DNA of 64,000 nucleotides, from contig CM126204.1 in the NCBI GenBank assembly GCA_052327205.1, positions 104,222,001 to 104,286,000 on the forward strand. The letters run 5' to 3'. The number at the start of each line of letters is the position of its first letter. Positions within the stretch are counted from its first letter, which is position 1. Under the pieces are notes generated by a model. That model saw nothing but the letters and a program-made list of their open reading frames with translations, was not told the origin of the DNA and ran no database searches. Shown one piece after another: positions 11,630 to 21,830 of this stretch. Source of the stretch: Somniosus microcephalus. Lineage: Eukaryota. A program made the position numbers and the translations under genes.

Positions 11630-14600
11630 ATGATGTCCGACAACGAGTCACAACCGGCGGAGGAGCCACCAGCGCAGCTCCCAGGAGCACAGCCACACCA
11701 GCCAGCTTGGCTGCGAGCCCTCAGACCGCCGTACCTGGACCTGAACCCACGAGCAGCAAACTCAGCCGCAGACTTTAAACACTGGCTGGTCTGCTTCGAA
11801 TCATACCTGAGAGAATCCAGCGTCCCTCAGGCATCCAAACTAAGTGTCCTGCAGGCACAACTGAGCCCGAGAGTATACACTCTCATCGAGGACATGACTA
11901 CCTACGAGACCGCCATCAACCTGCTGAAACAGAAGTACCGGACCCCGGTAAACTACATGTACGCTAGGCACCTCCTAAGATCACGGCCGCAACAGCCAGG
12001 AGAATCAGTAGCCGAATTCTCACAGGCGCTATATGCACTCGCCAGGAACTGTGACTTTAAATCGGTGTCGGCAGCCGAAAATACTGAAGATAATATCCGC
12101 GACGCATTCCTGAAAGGCCTACGGTCCGAGTACTCACGGCAAAGACTGCTGGAAGCTAAAGACCTCAGCATGGAAAAAGCTGAAGCCCTCGCTATCTCCC
12201 TGGAAGTGGCCCACCAAGATCAGGAAGCATTCACCAGGTACTGCTCGCGACCCTGGGACTCGGGCCCGACCCCTACCACAGCACCCTTCCCAGCGCCGCC
12301 CCCGGGACCTACCTCTGCGTCGGCGTCCCGGACCCGACCGGCCCCGCCACCCCCGGCACCGGCCCCGACATCGGGCATCCGCGATCGGGCCGCCGGCTGT
12401 TTTTTTTGTGGCCAGGAGAAGCACCCGAGGTCGCGCTGCCCAGCCAAGAACTCCATATGTAAAACCTGCCTGAAGAAAGGCCACTTCTCCAAGGCCTGCA
12501 GGAGCGGATCCTCAGAGGCCAGCAGTGCCGCATGCGAACTATGGGGGCAGCCATCTTCGTTTAGGGCAACTGAGGCCAGCATCCCCACACATGAGTCATG
12601 GGGGCGGCCATCTTTGATTAAGGCAACCGACCCCAATAGTGCCTCATGGGGATCTACCTCGTGGGAGACGCCATTTTACTCACCACGCCCGACCGCCTCG
12701 CCCGCAGATGACAACGACTCGCTCAGCTACACACTAGCTTCCGTCACCCTGGACCAAGCCCGCCCGCACCATCTGTCCAAGTCAATGATGGACATCAAAG
12801 TGAACGGCCACGCCACGACCTGCCTGTTCGACAGCGGAAGCACGGAGAGCTTCATCCACCCAGACACGGTGAGCCACTACTCCCTCTCTGTCCTACCAAC
12901 GCGCAGCCGAATCTCGATGGCATCGAGGTCCCACGCCACGGACATCAGCGGCTACTGTGTCGTGACCCTGTCGGTTAAGGGCACGGAGTATAAAAACTTT
13001 AAACTCCTCGTCCTCCCCCATCTCTGCGCTGCCGTCCTACTAGGGCTGGACTTCCAATCCCACCTCCAAAGCGTAACCCTAGCATACGGTGGACCCCTCC
13101 CCCCACTCACAGTCAACAACCAGCAAACGTTAAACCGCCCACCGCGTAACACCTGCAGCCTCTCCACCCTCAAGGTCCCGCCACCCTCTCTGTTTGCTAA
13201 CCTTACCCCTGACTGCAAACCCGTCGCTACCAAAAGCAGGCGGTATAGCGCCGGGGACAGAGCCTTCATTAGCTCTGAGGAGCGGCGCCTCCTGAAAGAG
13301 GGCATTATCGAGGGGAGCAGCAGCCCCTGGCGTGCCCAGGTCGTAGTCGTAAAGACCGGCGATAAAAACCGCCTGGTCATCGACTACAGCCAGACCATAA
13401 ACAGATATACCCAGCTGGACGCATACCCCCTCCCCCGCATATCTGACATGGTCAATCAGATTGCACAGTATAAAGTATTCTCGACCATCGACCTGAAGTC
13501 GGCCTACCACCAACTCCCTATCCACCCTGAGGACCGCCAGTATACCGCCTTCGAGGCGAATGGGCGCCTATACCACTTCCTTAGGGTCCCCTTCGGTGTC
13601 ACTAATGGGGTCTCGGTCTTCCAAAGGGAGATGGACCAGATGGTTGACCAGAACGAACTGCAGGCTACATTCCCCTACCTAGATAACGTCACTATCTGCG
13701 GCCGCGACCGGCAGGAACATGACGCGAATCTGGAGAAATTCCTCCGTACGGCCCAACGGCTGAACCTCACCTACAATAAGGAGAAATGCGTGTTTAACAC
13801 CACGCGCCTTGCCATCCTCGGCTGCGTAGTGGAGAACGGAATCATCGGCCCCGACCCAGAAAGAATGCGCCCCCTCATGGAGCTACCCCTCCCCCACTGC
13901 CCTAAAGCACTTAGGAGAACCCTGGGGCTTTTCGCCTACTATGCCCAATGGGTACCCAATTACGCGGACAAAGCCAGACCCCTCCTGAAAGCCACTTCCT
14001 TCCCCCTCACGGAGGAGGCGTGCGCGGCCTTCTCCCTCATTAAGGGAGACATAGCCAAGGCCACGATGCACGCAGTGGACGAGTCCATCCCCTTTCAGGT
14101 GGAGAGCGACGCATCCGACTTCGCCTTAGCCGCCACCCTAAACCAGGAGGGGAGGCCAGTGGCCTTCTTCTCAAGGACCCTACAGGGCCCCGAGATCCGA
14201 CATTCGTCGGTCGAGAAAGAGGCCCAGGCGATCGTGGAGGCAGTACGGCGCTGGAGGCACTACCTGGCAGGCAAACGATTTACCCTCACCGACCAGCGTT
14301 CGGTGGCTTTCATGTTTAATAACAAGCTGAAGGGCAAAATCAAGAATGACAAGATTTTGAGATGGAGAATCGAGCTCTCCACCTACGATTATGAGATCTT
14401 GTACCGGCCAGGCAAGCTGAACGAATCCCCTGATGCCCTTTCACGAATGACATGCGCCAGCGCGCATATCGATAGGCTTCAGACCCTCCACGACCAGCTC
14501 TGCCACCCCGGAGTCACCAGACTCTACCATTTCATTAAGGCCCGCAACCTGACCTACTCCATCGAGGAGGTCAGGACCATGACCAGGAACTGCCAGACCT

Positions 14601-15538
14601 GTGCGGAGTGCAAACCGCACTTCTATAGGCCGGACCGAGCAAGCCTGATCAAGGCCACCCGCCCCTTCGAGCGCCTGAGCATCGACTTTAAGGGGCCCCT
14701 CCCGTCCTCTGACCGTAATGTGTACTTCCTCAACATCGTTGATGAGTACTCCCGTTTCCCCTTTGCCTTCCCCTGCCCCGACATGACCAGTAGCACGGTC
14801 ATTAAGTGCCTGAATGCCCTCTTCGCCTTGTTCGGGTTCCCGAACTATATACACAGCGACCGGGGCTCCTCCTTCATGAGCGAGGAACTCCGGCAATTCC
14901 TCCTAGAAAGAGGTATTGCAGCAAGCAGGACCACCAGCTACAACCCCAGAGGTAACGGTCAGGTGGAAAGAGAGAACGCGACGGTATGGAAGGCCGTCCT
15001 CTTAGCCTTAAAGTCTAAGGGCCTCCCAACCTCCCGCTGGCAAGAAGTCCTCCCGACAGCGCTGCACTCCATCCGGTCATTACTTTGCACGGCCACTAAC
15101 ACCACCCCCCATGAACGAATGTTCGTTTTCCCCAGGAAGTCGACTACGGGAACCACTCTACCAACCTGGCTGACCGCCCCGGGGCCGGTCTGGCTGCGGA
15201 AACACGTGAGGACCCATAAAACGGACCCCCTGGTCGAGAGGGTGAACCTCCTGCACGCCAACCCCCAGTACGCCTACGTGGCGTACCCAGACGGGCGGGA
15301 GGACACTGTCTCCCTACGAGACCTCGCACCCTCAGCCGATCCGGAAACACCGCCACCACCCCCCCCAACCTCAGTCCAGGTAGACGGCATGCCGGAACCC
15401 CACGATCCCTCGCCGACCACGCAAACACCAGCATCAACACCGGATAAGGCACCAGCACCGGATAAGGCAACACCACCGCTGCGGCGATCGGAGAGGCTTA
15501 CGAAGCCTCCGGACAGACTGACCTACCAGAATTGGTAG
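11630..15538 (+). CDS. Gypsy gag-pol polyprotein, 1302 aa (Gag with two CCHC knuckles, aspartic protease, RT, RNase H, integrase)
   Basis: Knuckles CFFCGQEKHPRSRC and CKTCLKKGHFSKAC; protease LFDSGS; RT IDLKSAYHQ, PFGVTNG and YLDN; RNase H ESDASD; integrase HDQLCH..CQTC with SIDFKG, SDRG and VERE. The PR-RT-RH-IN order is Ty3/Gypsy. Confidence 0.97.
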   Translation: MMSDNESQPAEEPPAQLPGAQPHQPAWLRALRPPYLDLNPRAANSAADFKHWLVCFESYLRESSVPQASKLSVLQAQLSPRVYTLIEDMTTYETAINLLKQKYRTPVNYMYARHLLRSRPQQPGESVAEFSQALYALARNCDFKSVSAAENTEDNIRDAFLKGLRSEYSRQRLLEAKDLSMEKAEALAISLEVAHQDQEAFTRYCSRPWDSGPTPTTAPFPAPPPGPTSASASRTRPAPPPPAPAPTSGIRDRAAGCFFCGQEKHPRSRCPAKNSICKTCLKKGHFSKACRSGSSEASSAACELWGQPSSFRATEASIPTHESWGRPSLIKATDPNSASWGSTSWETPFYSPRPTASPADDNDSLSYTLASVTLDQARPHHLSKSMMDIKVNGHATTCLFDSGSTESFIHPDTVSHYSLSVLPTRSRISMASRSHATDISGYCVVTLSVKGTEYKNFKLLVLPHLCAAVLLGLDFQSHLQSVTLAYGGPLPPLTVNNQQTLNRPPRNTCSLSTLKVPPPSLFANLTPDCKPVATKSRRYSAGDRAFISSEERRLLKEGIIEGSSSPWRAQVVVVKTGDKNRLVIDYSQTINRYTQLDAYPLPRISDMVNQIAQYKVFSTIDLKSAYHQLPIHPEDRQYTAFEANGRLYHFLRVPFGVTNGVSVFQREMDQMVDQNELQATFPYLDNVTICGRDRQEHDANLEKFLRTAQRLNLTYNKEKCVFNTTRLAILGCVVENGIIGPDPERMRPLMELPLPHCPKALRRTLGLFAYYAQWVPNYADKARPLLKATSFPLTEEACAAFSLIKGDIAKATMHAVDESIPFQVESDASDFALAATLNQEGRPVAFFSRTLQGPEIRHSSVEKEAQAIVEAVRRWRHYLAGKRFTLTDQRSVAFMFNNKLKGKIKNDKILRWRIELSTYDYEILYRPGKLNESPDALSRMTCASAHIDRLQTLHDQLCHPGVTRLYHFIKARNLTYSIEEVRTMTRNCQTCAECKPHFYRPDRASLIKATRPFERLSIDFKGPLPSSDRNVYFLNIVDEYSRFPFAFPCPDMTSSTVIKCLNALFALFGFPNYIHSDRGSSFMSEELRQFLLERGIAASRTTSYNPRGNGQVERENATVWKAVLLALKSKGLPTSRWQEVLPTALHSIRSLLCTATNTTPHERMFVFPRKSTTGTTLPTWLTAPGPVWLRKHVRTHKTDPLVERVNLLHANPQYAYVAYPDGREDTVSLRDLAPSADPETPPPPPPTSVQVDGMPEPHDPSPTTQTPASTPDKAPAPDKATPPLRRSERLTKPPDRLTYQNW

Positions 15539-15580
15539 TACACTTCACCCTGCCGGACTTAATTCTAAACAAGGGGTGAA

Positions 15581-15899
15581 TGTGGTAAACCACGTTCACT
15601 ATCGTATCACTGTTAGTAGTTAGCACTGTTCACCACTGTTCGTTATAACTGTATCACTGACCACTATTGTATCACGGTACGAGGTCGCCTCTTGCCACAC
15701 TGCTATACCTGGGATGACCACTGCCGACTCCGCCTTGGCTCCACCCACCAGGCCAGGTATAAAGGTGAGCGACTGGCTGGTATTCCTCCTGCTTGGATCG
15801 GATCACCCACGAGAGTGGGCTCTGTTATTTAGTCAATAAAAACCTTTAGTCACCTTCGTAACTCTTCGCCTTTTATTGGAGGAATTGATAGGTATATCA
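15581..15899 (+). repeat. 3' LTR (319 bp)
   Basis: By eye it matches the 5' LTR except for a 10-bp internal duplication (CACCACTGTT) and one adjacent A/G change. Confidence 0.96.
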
Positions 15900-17789
15900 A
15901 GCGCCACTGGCCACGCCTCCCGCGATATTTAGCTGGGGCGCTAATGGTGGCGTTAGCCTGTTGCGCTGCGCCGCCACCGATGACGTCATCGGTGTGCGCA
16001 GCACCCCGCTACCGCCCCGATCTCGATATTCAGTAGCGCCCGCCTCTGTAGCGCCGTTTGCAAATCGCGCCCGGTTCACGGGGCCTTCCTGTGGCGGCAG
16101 TGGCGCAAATTAAGGTGGAAGTGCGGGGCGGCCGGTTTTTTTCGGCGGCCGCCTGCCAGCACCTCCGTCCCCGGCCTCCTGATCTCCCCCCGCGGCAGTG
16201 CCGGCTGTTTTTCCAAGAGCCCGGCACTTCTCCTCGGTGCCGGGCTCTTTTGCCGGCACTCGCGATCTCTGATCGTGCTGGTGCAGGCCCCTCCCCCTCA
16301 AGAATGGGAGGAAGGCCTGCAGTACCGCAGCGCGCCGTGCCGCAGCGTGTGGTGCTGCGGCACGTTGCGCTGTGATATTCAGTTTCAGCGCCCTAAGAGG
16401 GACGCGGAGCGCCTCGAGCCTCGCCCCGTGTCCCTCTTGGGGCATCCAAGCTGAATTTCCTGCGGTCGCAACTGCTCCGATCGCTGCGCTAATTCTGGCG
16501 CCCAAGCGAGTTTGGCGTCCTGTTTGCGGCCCCACCGAATTTCTCCCGCTTTGTTTCTCCCTCAGAACAAAGGCACTGAGTGTGAGGCCAGGACCTGATT
16601 GGAATGTACCTTTACCCTGGGACAAAAGGTCTTTTTGATACTGTTGTGCTGGATCTGGATTCACAGCCTCACCAGTACTGAATATTCTGGAGGTACTGCA
16701 AAGCAGGCTGGTGAGAGGGAAACTAAGGCTGCAGCCTGGAGCTGGGAGGGAATGTTTGGCCTGGGACTGGTCTAGAAGGAGGAAGCACAGAGACAAGGAA
16801 GGAGAAAGCAGGATTTTGGTGGGGGGCTCAGACTGGGGCCTGGGAGGAAGTGGGGACCTGGGTTCAGAGTTGAGATACACTTCTATCCCAGGCAAGATGG
16901 TTTTCTTACCACTGCATTGGATTCAGACTTTTAGACCCAACTAGTACTGGCACAACTACAGCACTCCTTCAGTGTTGCATTGGTACATCAGACCAAATTA
17001 TGGGCTCAAGTCCTGCTGCAACACAAGAAGGTGAGAGAGAGAAAATGTGAAATAGGGACTGGTGTTAAGAGGTTTTGGGAAGGGGCCTGGGCTTGGAGGG
17101 AGTAAGTGATGAGGGCAGGGCTGGGAGGCAGCAGTGATGCCTGGATACTGAGGGGTCATTTTGAGTTATTCAGACATACACATTATTAAATACAACTTTT
17201 TTAAACTTTGCCTTATTTTGTGCTAATAGTGTAATTTCATAATGATGATACAATTGAAATCTAAGTACTTTCCAAAGCATGTATAAAGTAACAGTAGCAA
17301 AACTTGAATACCCCAGAAGGAAAAGTCTTTGGCGTATAATTACATTTGTGAGCCAATGCTGGGAATTCAATCTAAATTGCCTGTACACACTTTTACATTT
17401 ATACAATATACCATAAATAATCTAGGCTCACATTATTATTTCAGTATTTTGTAAATCAGTGCCATAAACTCCCAGGGACGGTTTGCGCAGAGAAGCACAG
17501 TTTGCAGGAGACAACAGCATGTTTCAGGCCCTCTGACAGGAGTAGTACCTTCCCAGCCTTCCCTACCTGACCCTGAATGACATGTGCTCTAGTGCCTTGC
17601 CTCCCCACCATCACTCCCTGGCCAACAACCTTGAGCCTAACTTTAATTTTTTTCACTACTCAGTGAGAATAGGAGGTGAGAAAAAAACACATATGAAAGT
17701 TGGTCTGGATGACACAGTACAATATTCTAGACATGTGACATGCAATATTATTTTACACACACAAGATATTCAATAAAATAGACTACATT

Positions 17790-17890
17790 TCACCCTGATG
17801 GTCAACTTGATTTCCATATTAACTCTGTTTCTCTCTCCACAGATGCTGCCTGACCTGCTGAGTATTTACAGCATTTTGTTTTTATTTTTA
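17790..17890 (+). mobile_element. Penelope-like pLTR fragment
   Basis: TTTCTCTCTCCACAGATGCTGCCTGACCTGCTGAGTATTTACAGCATTTT matches the reverse complement of 9585-9633. Confidence 0.65.
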
Positions 17891-18551
17891 TTTCCATCAA
17901 CTTCACTAAGATCCAGTTGCCCTCTTCCATCTCCCTTTCACCTCCCACCACCTCCCCCCCCCCGCCACTCCCCACCACCACCTCGGCAAATACCATTTTG
18001 AAAAGATAAACTTCTTTTCACATTCCCCATTTATCTCCCATGCATTTACACTATGCCCTTTGGTGAAGAGACTAGGGCAGTCCTGTCCACTGGTTATACT
18101 TGAACAGTTTTCCAACTCTCCCACCCTCACCTATTTGTCCCTCCTTCTCATGGACAACTTATGAAGTGAGAAAGCATGAATGTTATTCAAGATTGGAATT
18201 CAAACTGGGGTTTCTTGATTTGGGAGTCCAATAATCCAGCGTTGCAATTACCATCGCCGAATCCCCCACCATCAACATCCTGGAGGTCACCATTGACCAG
18301 AAACTTAACTGGACCAGCCACATAAATACTGTGGCTACAAGAGCAGGTCAGAGGCTAGGTATTCTGCGGCAAGTATCTCACCTCCTTACTCCCCAAAGTC
18401 TTTTCACCATCTACAAGGCACAAGTCAGGAGTGTGATGGAATACCCTCCACTTGCCTGGCAGAGTGCCACTCCAACAACACTAAAGAAGCTCGACACCAT
18501 TCAGGACAAAGCAGCCCGCTTGATTGGCACCCCGACCACCACCTTAAACAT

Positions 18552-18722
18552 CACGTAGGACGCAAGATTGAGATCAATGGATTTTTGGACTCTAAGGGAA
18601 TCAAGGGATATGGAGATCGGGCAGGAAAGTGAAGTTGAGGTAGAAGATCAGCCATGATCTTATTGAATGGCGGAGCAGGCTCGAGGGGCCGAATGGCCGA
18701 CTCCTACTCCCAATTCTTGTGT
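18552..18722 (+). mobile_element. Short 5'-truncated CR1 3' end nested in the host LINE
   Basis: GATCAGCCATGATCTTATTGAATGGCGGAGCAGGCTCGAGGGGCCGAATGGCC..CTCCT is a typical CR1 3' UTR, and the host frame resumes after it. Confidence 0.75.
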
Positions 18723-18793
18723 ATTCACTCCATCCACCACCAGCGCACCGTGGCTGCAGTGTGTACCATCTACAAAATGCAATACAGCAACTC

Positions 18794-19714
18794 TAAATTT
18801 GTGGATGACACCAAATTGAGGGGGATAGTCAATACTGAGGAGGACTGCAATAAATTACAGGAGGACATTAATAAGCTTGCAGAATGGGCATATAATTGGC
18901 AAATGAAGTTCAACACAGATAAATGTGAAGTATTACATTTTGGTAGGAAGAATAGGGAGGTCACTTATTACTTGGAGGTTGCGATTCTGGGTGGGGTAGA
19001 AGACCAAAGGGATCTCGGAGTACAAATACACAAATCACTAAAAGTTGCGACACCGGTTAGCAAGACCATAAAAAAAGCAAACCAAGCACTAGGGTTTATT
19101 TCTAGAGGGATAAAATTGAAAAGTAGGGAAGTTATGCTAAACCTGTATCGAACCTTGGTTAGACCACACTTGGAGTACTGCGTACAGTTCTGGTCGCCAT
19201 ATTAAAAAGGATATAGAGGCACTGGAGAGGGTGCAGAGACGATTTACAAGAATGATACCAGAAATGCGAGAGTATATATATCAGGAAAGGATGAACAGGC
19301 TGGATCTCTTTTCTCTTGAAAAAAGGCTGAGGGGTGACCTAATAGAGGTCTTTAAAATTATGAATGGTTTTGATAGAGTGGATAGAGAGAGAATGTTTCC
19401 ACTTGTGGGGAAGAGCATAACTAGAGGCCATCAATATAAGATAGTCACCAAGAAATCCAATAGGGAATTCAGAAGAAACTTCTTTACCCAGAGAGTGGTG
19501 AGAATGTGGAACTCGCTACCACAGGAAGTGGTTGAAGCGAATAGTATAGATGCATTTAAGGGGAGGCTAGACAAGCATACGAGGGAGAAGGGAATAGAGG
19601 GTTATGCTGATAGATTTAGATGAGGAAAGACCGGAGGAGGCTAGAGTGGAGCATAAATGCCGGCATGGACTGATTGGGCCGAATGGCCTGTTTCTGTGTC
19701 GTATAGCTGATGTA
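18794..19714 (+). mobile_element. 5'-truncated CR1 LINE (RT C-terminus and 3' UTR) with AACTC flanking duplication
   Basis: KFVDDTKL...WQMKFNTDKCEVLHFG...LVRPHLEYCVQFWSP and RRNFFTQRVVRMWNSLP. AACTC occurs at 18789-18793 and 19715-19719. Confidence 0.9.
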
Positions 19715-20539
19715 AACTCGCCAAGGCTTCTTCAGCAGCATCTTCCAAGCCCATGACCTCTATCACCTACAAGGACCAGGGCAGCAGACACATGAGAATA
19801 CCATCACCTGCAAGTTCCCCTCCAAGTTACATACCATCCTGACTTGATAGTATATCGCCGTTCCTTCATTGTCGCTGGGTCAAAATCCTGGAACTCCCTC
19901 CCTAACAGCACTGTGGGAATACCTTCACCACACGGACTGCAATGGTTCAAGAAGGTGGCTCATCACCACCTTCTCAAGGGCAATTAAGGATGGGCAATAA
20001 ATGCTGGCCTTGCCAGCGACGCCCTCATCCCAGGAACGAATAATAAAACCTGATCGGCATGAGCTTTTGGATCCTCAGATATGTATGGTAGAAGCTTCTA
20101 GTGCACTGAACATCTGCTTCAGAGGGTAAAACTCAAAATTCTGATTCAGGATCAGACCTGACTGAACCTCCACTAAAGGCAAATTTCAAAAGTGATCCCA
20201 AGGCAGCATTCTAAAGATTCATCTTTACTGGACCACTATCTAATACCATTTAGTTTTCACCTAATTTGTAAGACTATGGGGATAGAGCAGGGGAGTGGGA
20301 CTAATTGGATAGCTCTTTCACAGGCATGATGGCCTCCTTCTGTGCAGTATGATTCTATAATCAACATAGAGGACAATTCCTATGTAACATTTTAGCAAAG
20401 AATTAATTCCAGGATCAAAGCAAAGTTACAAAATGAACTGCAACTAATCCTCCTGAATAAAATTTGTAAATAAGAATGCTGAAAACACCTTTAATCAGTG
20501 CCTAAATTTAACAGACCTGTAAAAGGTCTGTCAGCACAG

Positions 20540-20875
20540 GGGTAATGGGTGAGCAGGACATGGTGCAGGACAGGATAATGGGTCGCAGAATTTTGGATCA
20601 GCTCAAGTTTATGGCGGGTGACGGATGGGAGGCTGGTATCATATAATCTAGTCTAGATAAGACAAATGCATGGATAAGGGAGGCAGGGGCGGAGATGGGC
20701 GAAGTTAGGGAAGTGGAAGTAGGCGGTCTTTGTAATGGAGAGGATAAGAGGTTGAAAGCCCAGCTTACGGTCAAATAGGACGCCGAGGTTGCGAACAGTC
20801 TGGTTCAGCTTGCGACAGTGGCCAAGGAGGGGGATGGAATCGGTGCGAGGGTGCTGAGTTTGTGATGGGGGCACT
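20540..20875 (-). mobile_element. L2 ORF2 C-terminal fragment
   Basis: LNQTVRNLGVLFDRKLGFQPLILSITKTAYFHF..AHLRPCL. Confidence 0.8.
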
Positions 20876-21649
20876 GCACATATCTGCAGTCCAGGCATTA
20901 AGGTACATTTTGGTGATAGTCAGTTTGCAAATTCTGGCATAGGTTTGAAACAGTAAAGCTATGGAGGAGTAAAATCAGTAATTTGGCCAGTTATTTAGGG
21001 TTGATTTTTTTTGTTCTCTTCTCCTGAGAGTAGTGATTTATCATAGGCTACAAGTCCATGGGCACTGTAACCCTTCAGTACCACCCCCAACTTAATATTC
21101 TTGTAGAGAGTGAAGCTCGACAAAGGTCTAGATCATGACCCCATCACTTATGTTGGGATTGTGACCACCATTGCAGTGCCCGCCATTGCTGACCCCATTG
21201 GAATATGCAAGGTCAGGGGGGTGCTTCCTAAATTCCTTTCTAAGGGGATGTATTAAACTACCAACCTTCAGTAATCCTTCAGCAGGCCTAACAAGTTCCC
21301 TGGTTTGGATCAACTTCCGCCAGGGTAGCTGCTGGTTTCTCTCTTCTCGTTGGGCATACTGGGGGCCACTAAAGGGCAGGCCTCTGACAGGACAGGGTCA
21401 AGGAAATTCCAGCACTCTCAGCCTCATCCTCTCTCACTTGAGGTTCAGTCCCAAACAAGGTCCCCATGAAACTGAGAGCACACTCTAGGACGCAGTGTAA
21501 ATGTGTCCCAGCCTATTTCTTGGACCTACCCACCGTGCACTCTATTTCTATTTGACCACAAAAGGGTATTGCAGCCAAGCCTGATTCTGTCCTTCACCTG
21601 TAAACTACACACATGCACTTTCCAGCAAAAGTCATTGAATAGATATCAG

Positions 21650-21830
21650 GAGTGGGAACCTTGCCTTATTTTTTTCCTTTTCTTGTGGTCAAATGTAAAA
21701 CCCCTACTGCTGCCTAGACTGAGATCAGCTAAATCAGTAATGATGAGACGTTCAAACTGGGACCTTTCTGGTCTATATGACACAGTACCACCCTTGGTGC
21801 TCCATTTACTCACTAAGACATTGGATAAGT
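21650..21830 (-). mobile_element. tRNA-derived SINE head fragment (family of 33750)
   Basis: CTGAGATCAGCTAA...TGGGACCTTTCTGGTCTATATG is the reverse complement of the head seen at 33790-33855. Confidence 0.5.

Larger units (their letters stand above)
11302..15899 (+). mobile_element. Full-length Ty3/Gypsy LTR retrotransposon
   Basis: Two near-identical TG...CA LTRs, a 5-bp TSD AGCGC (11297-11301 and 15900-15904), a purine tract AAACAAGGGGTGAA before the 3' LTR, and an intact gag-pol ORF. Confidence 0.97.
11235..16549. mobile_element. GC-rich Harbinger-type MITE (about 0.7 kb net) interrupted by the Gypsy element
   Basis: Imperfect TIRs GGCCTAGAAATTTGGTGGGCTGC and GCGGCCCCACCGAATTTCTCCCGC. 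The internal sequence resembles the MITE at 58482. Confidence 0.65.
18245..20048 (+). mobile_element. CR1-group LINE 3' portion interrupted by two younger CR1 insertions
   Basis: Reads INILEVTIDQKLNWTSHI...YKAQVRSVMEY...LDTIQDKAARLIG, resumes at about 18723 (HSIHHQRTVAAVCTIYKM) and again at 19715, and has a 3' tail ending AATAATAAAA. Confidence 0.8.

Noticed and set aside
11953-15476. Multiple antisense ORFs within the Gypsy element
   Set aside because: They are shadow ORFs of a GC-rich coding region with no recognisable motifs.
15897-16895. CpG island or novel gene (261-aa ORF)
   Set aside because: The GC-rich sequence is the body of a MITE, and the ORF has no recognisable domain.
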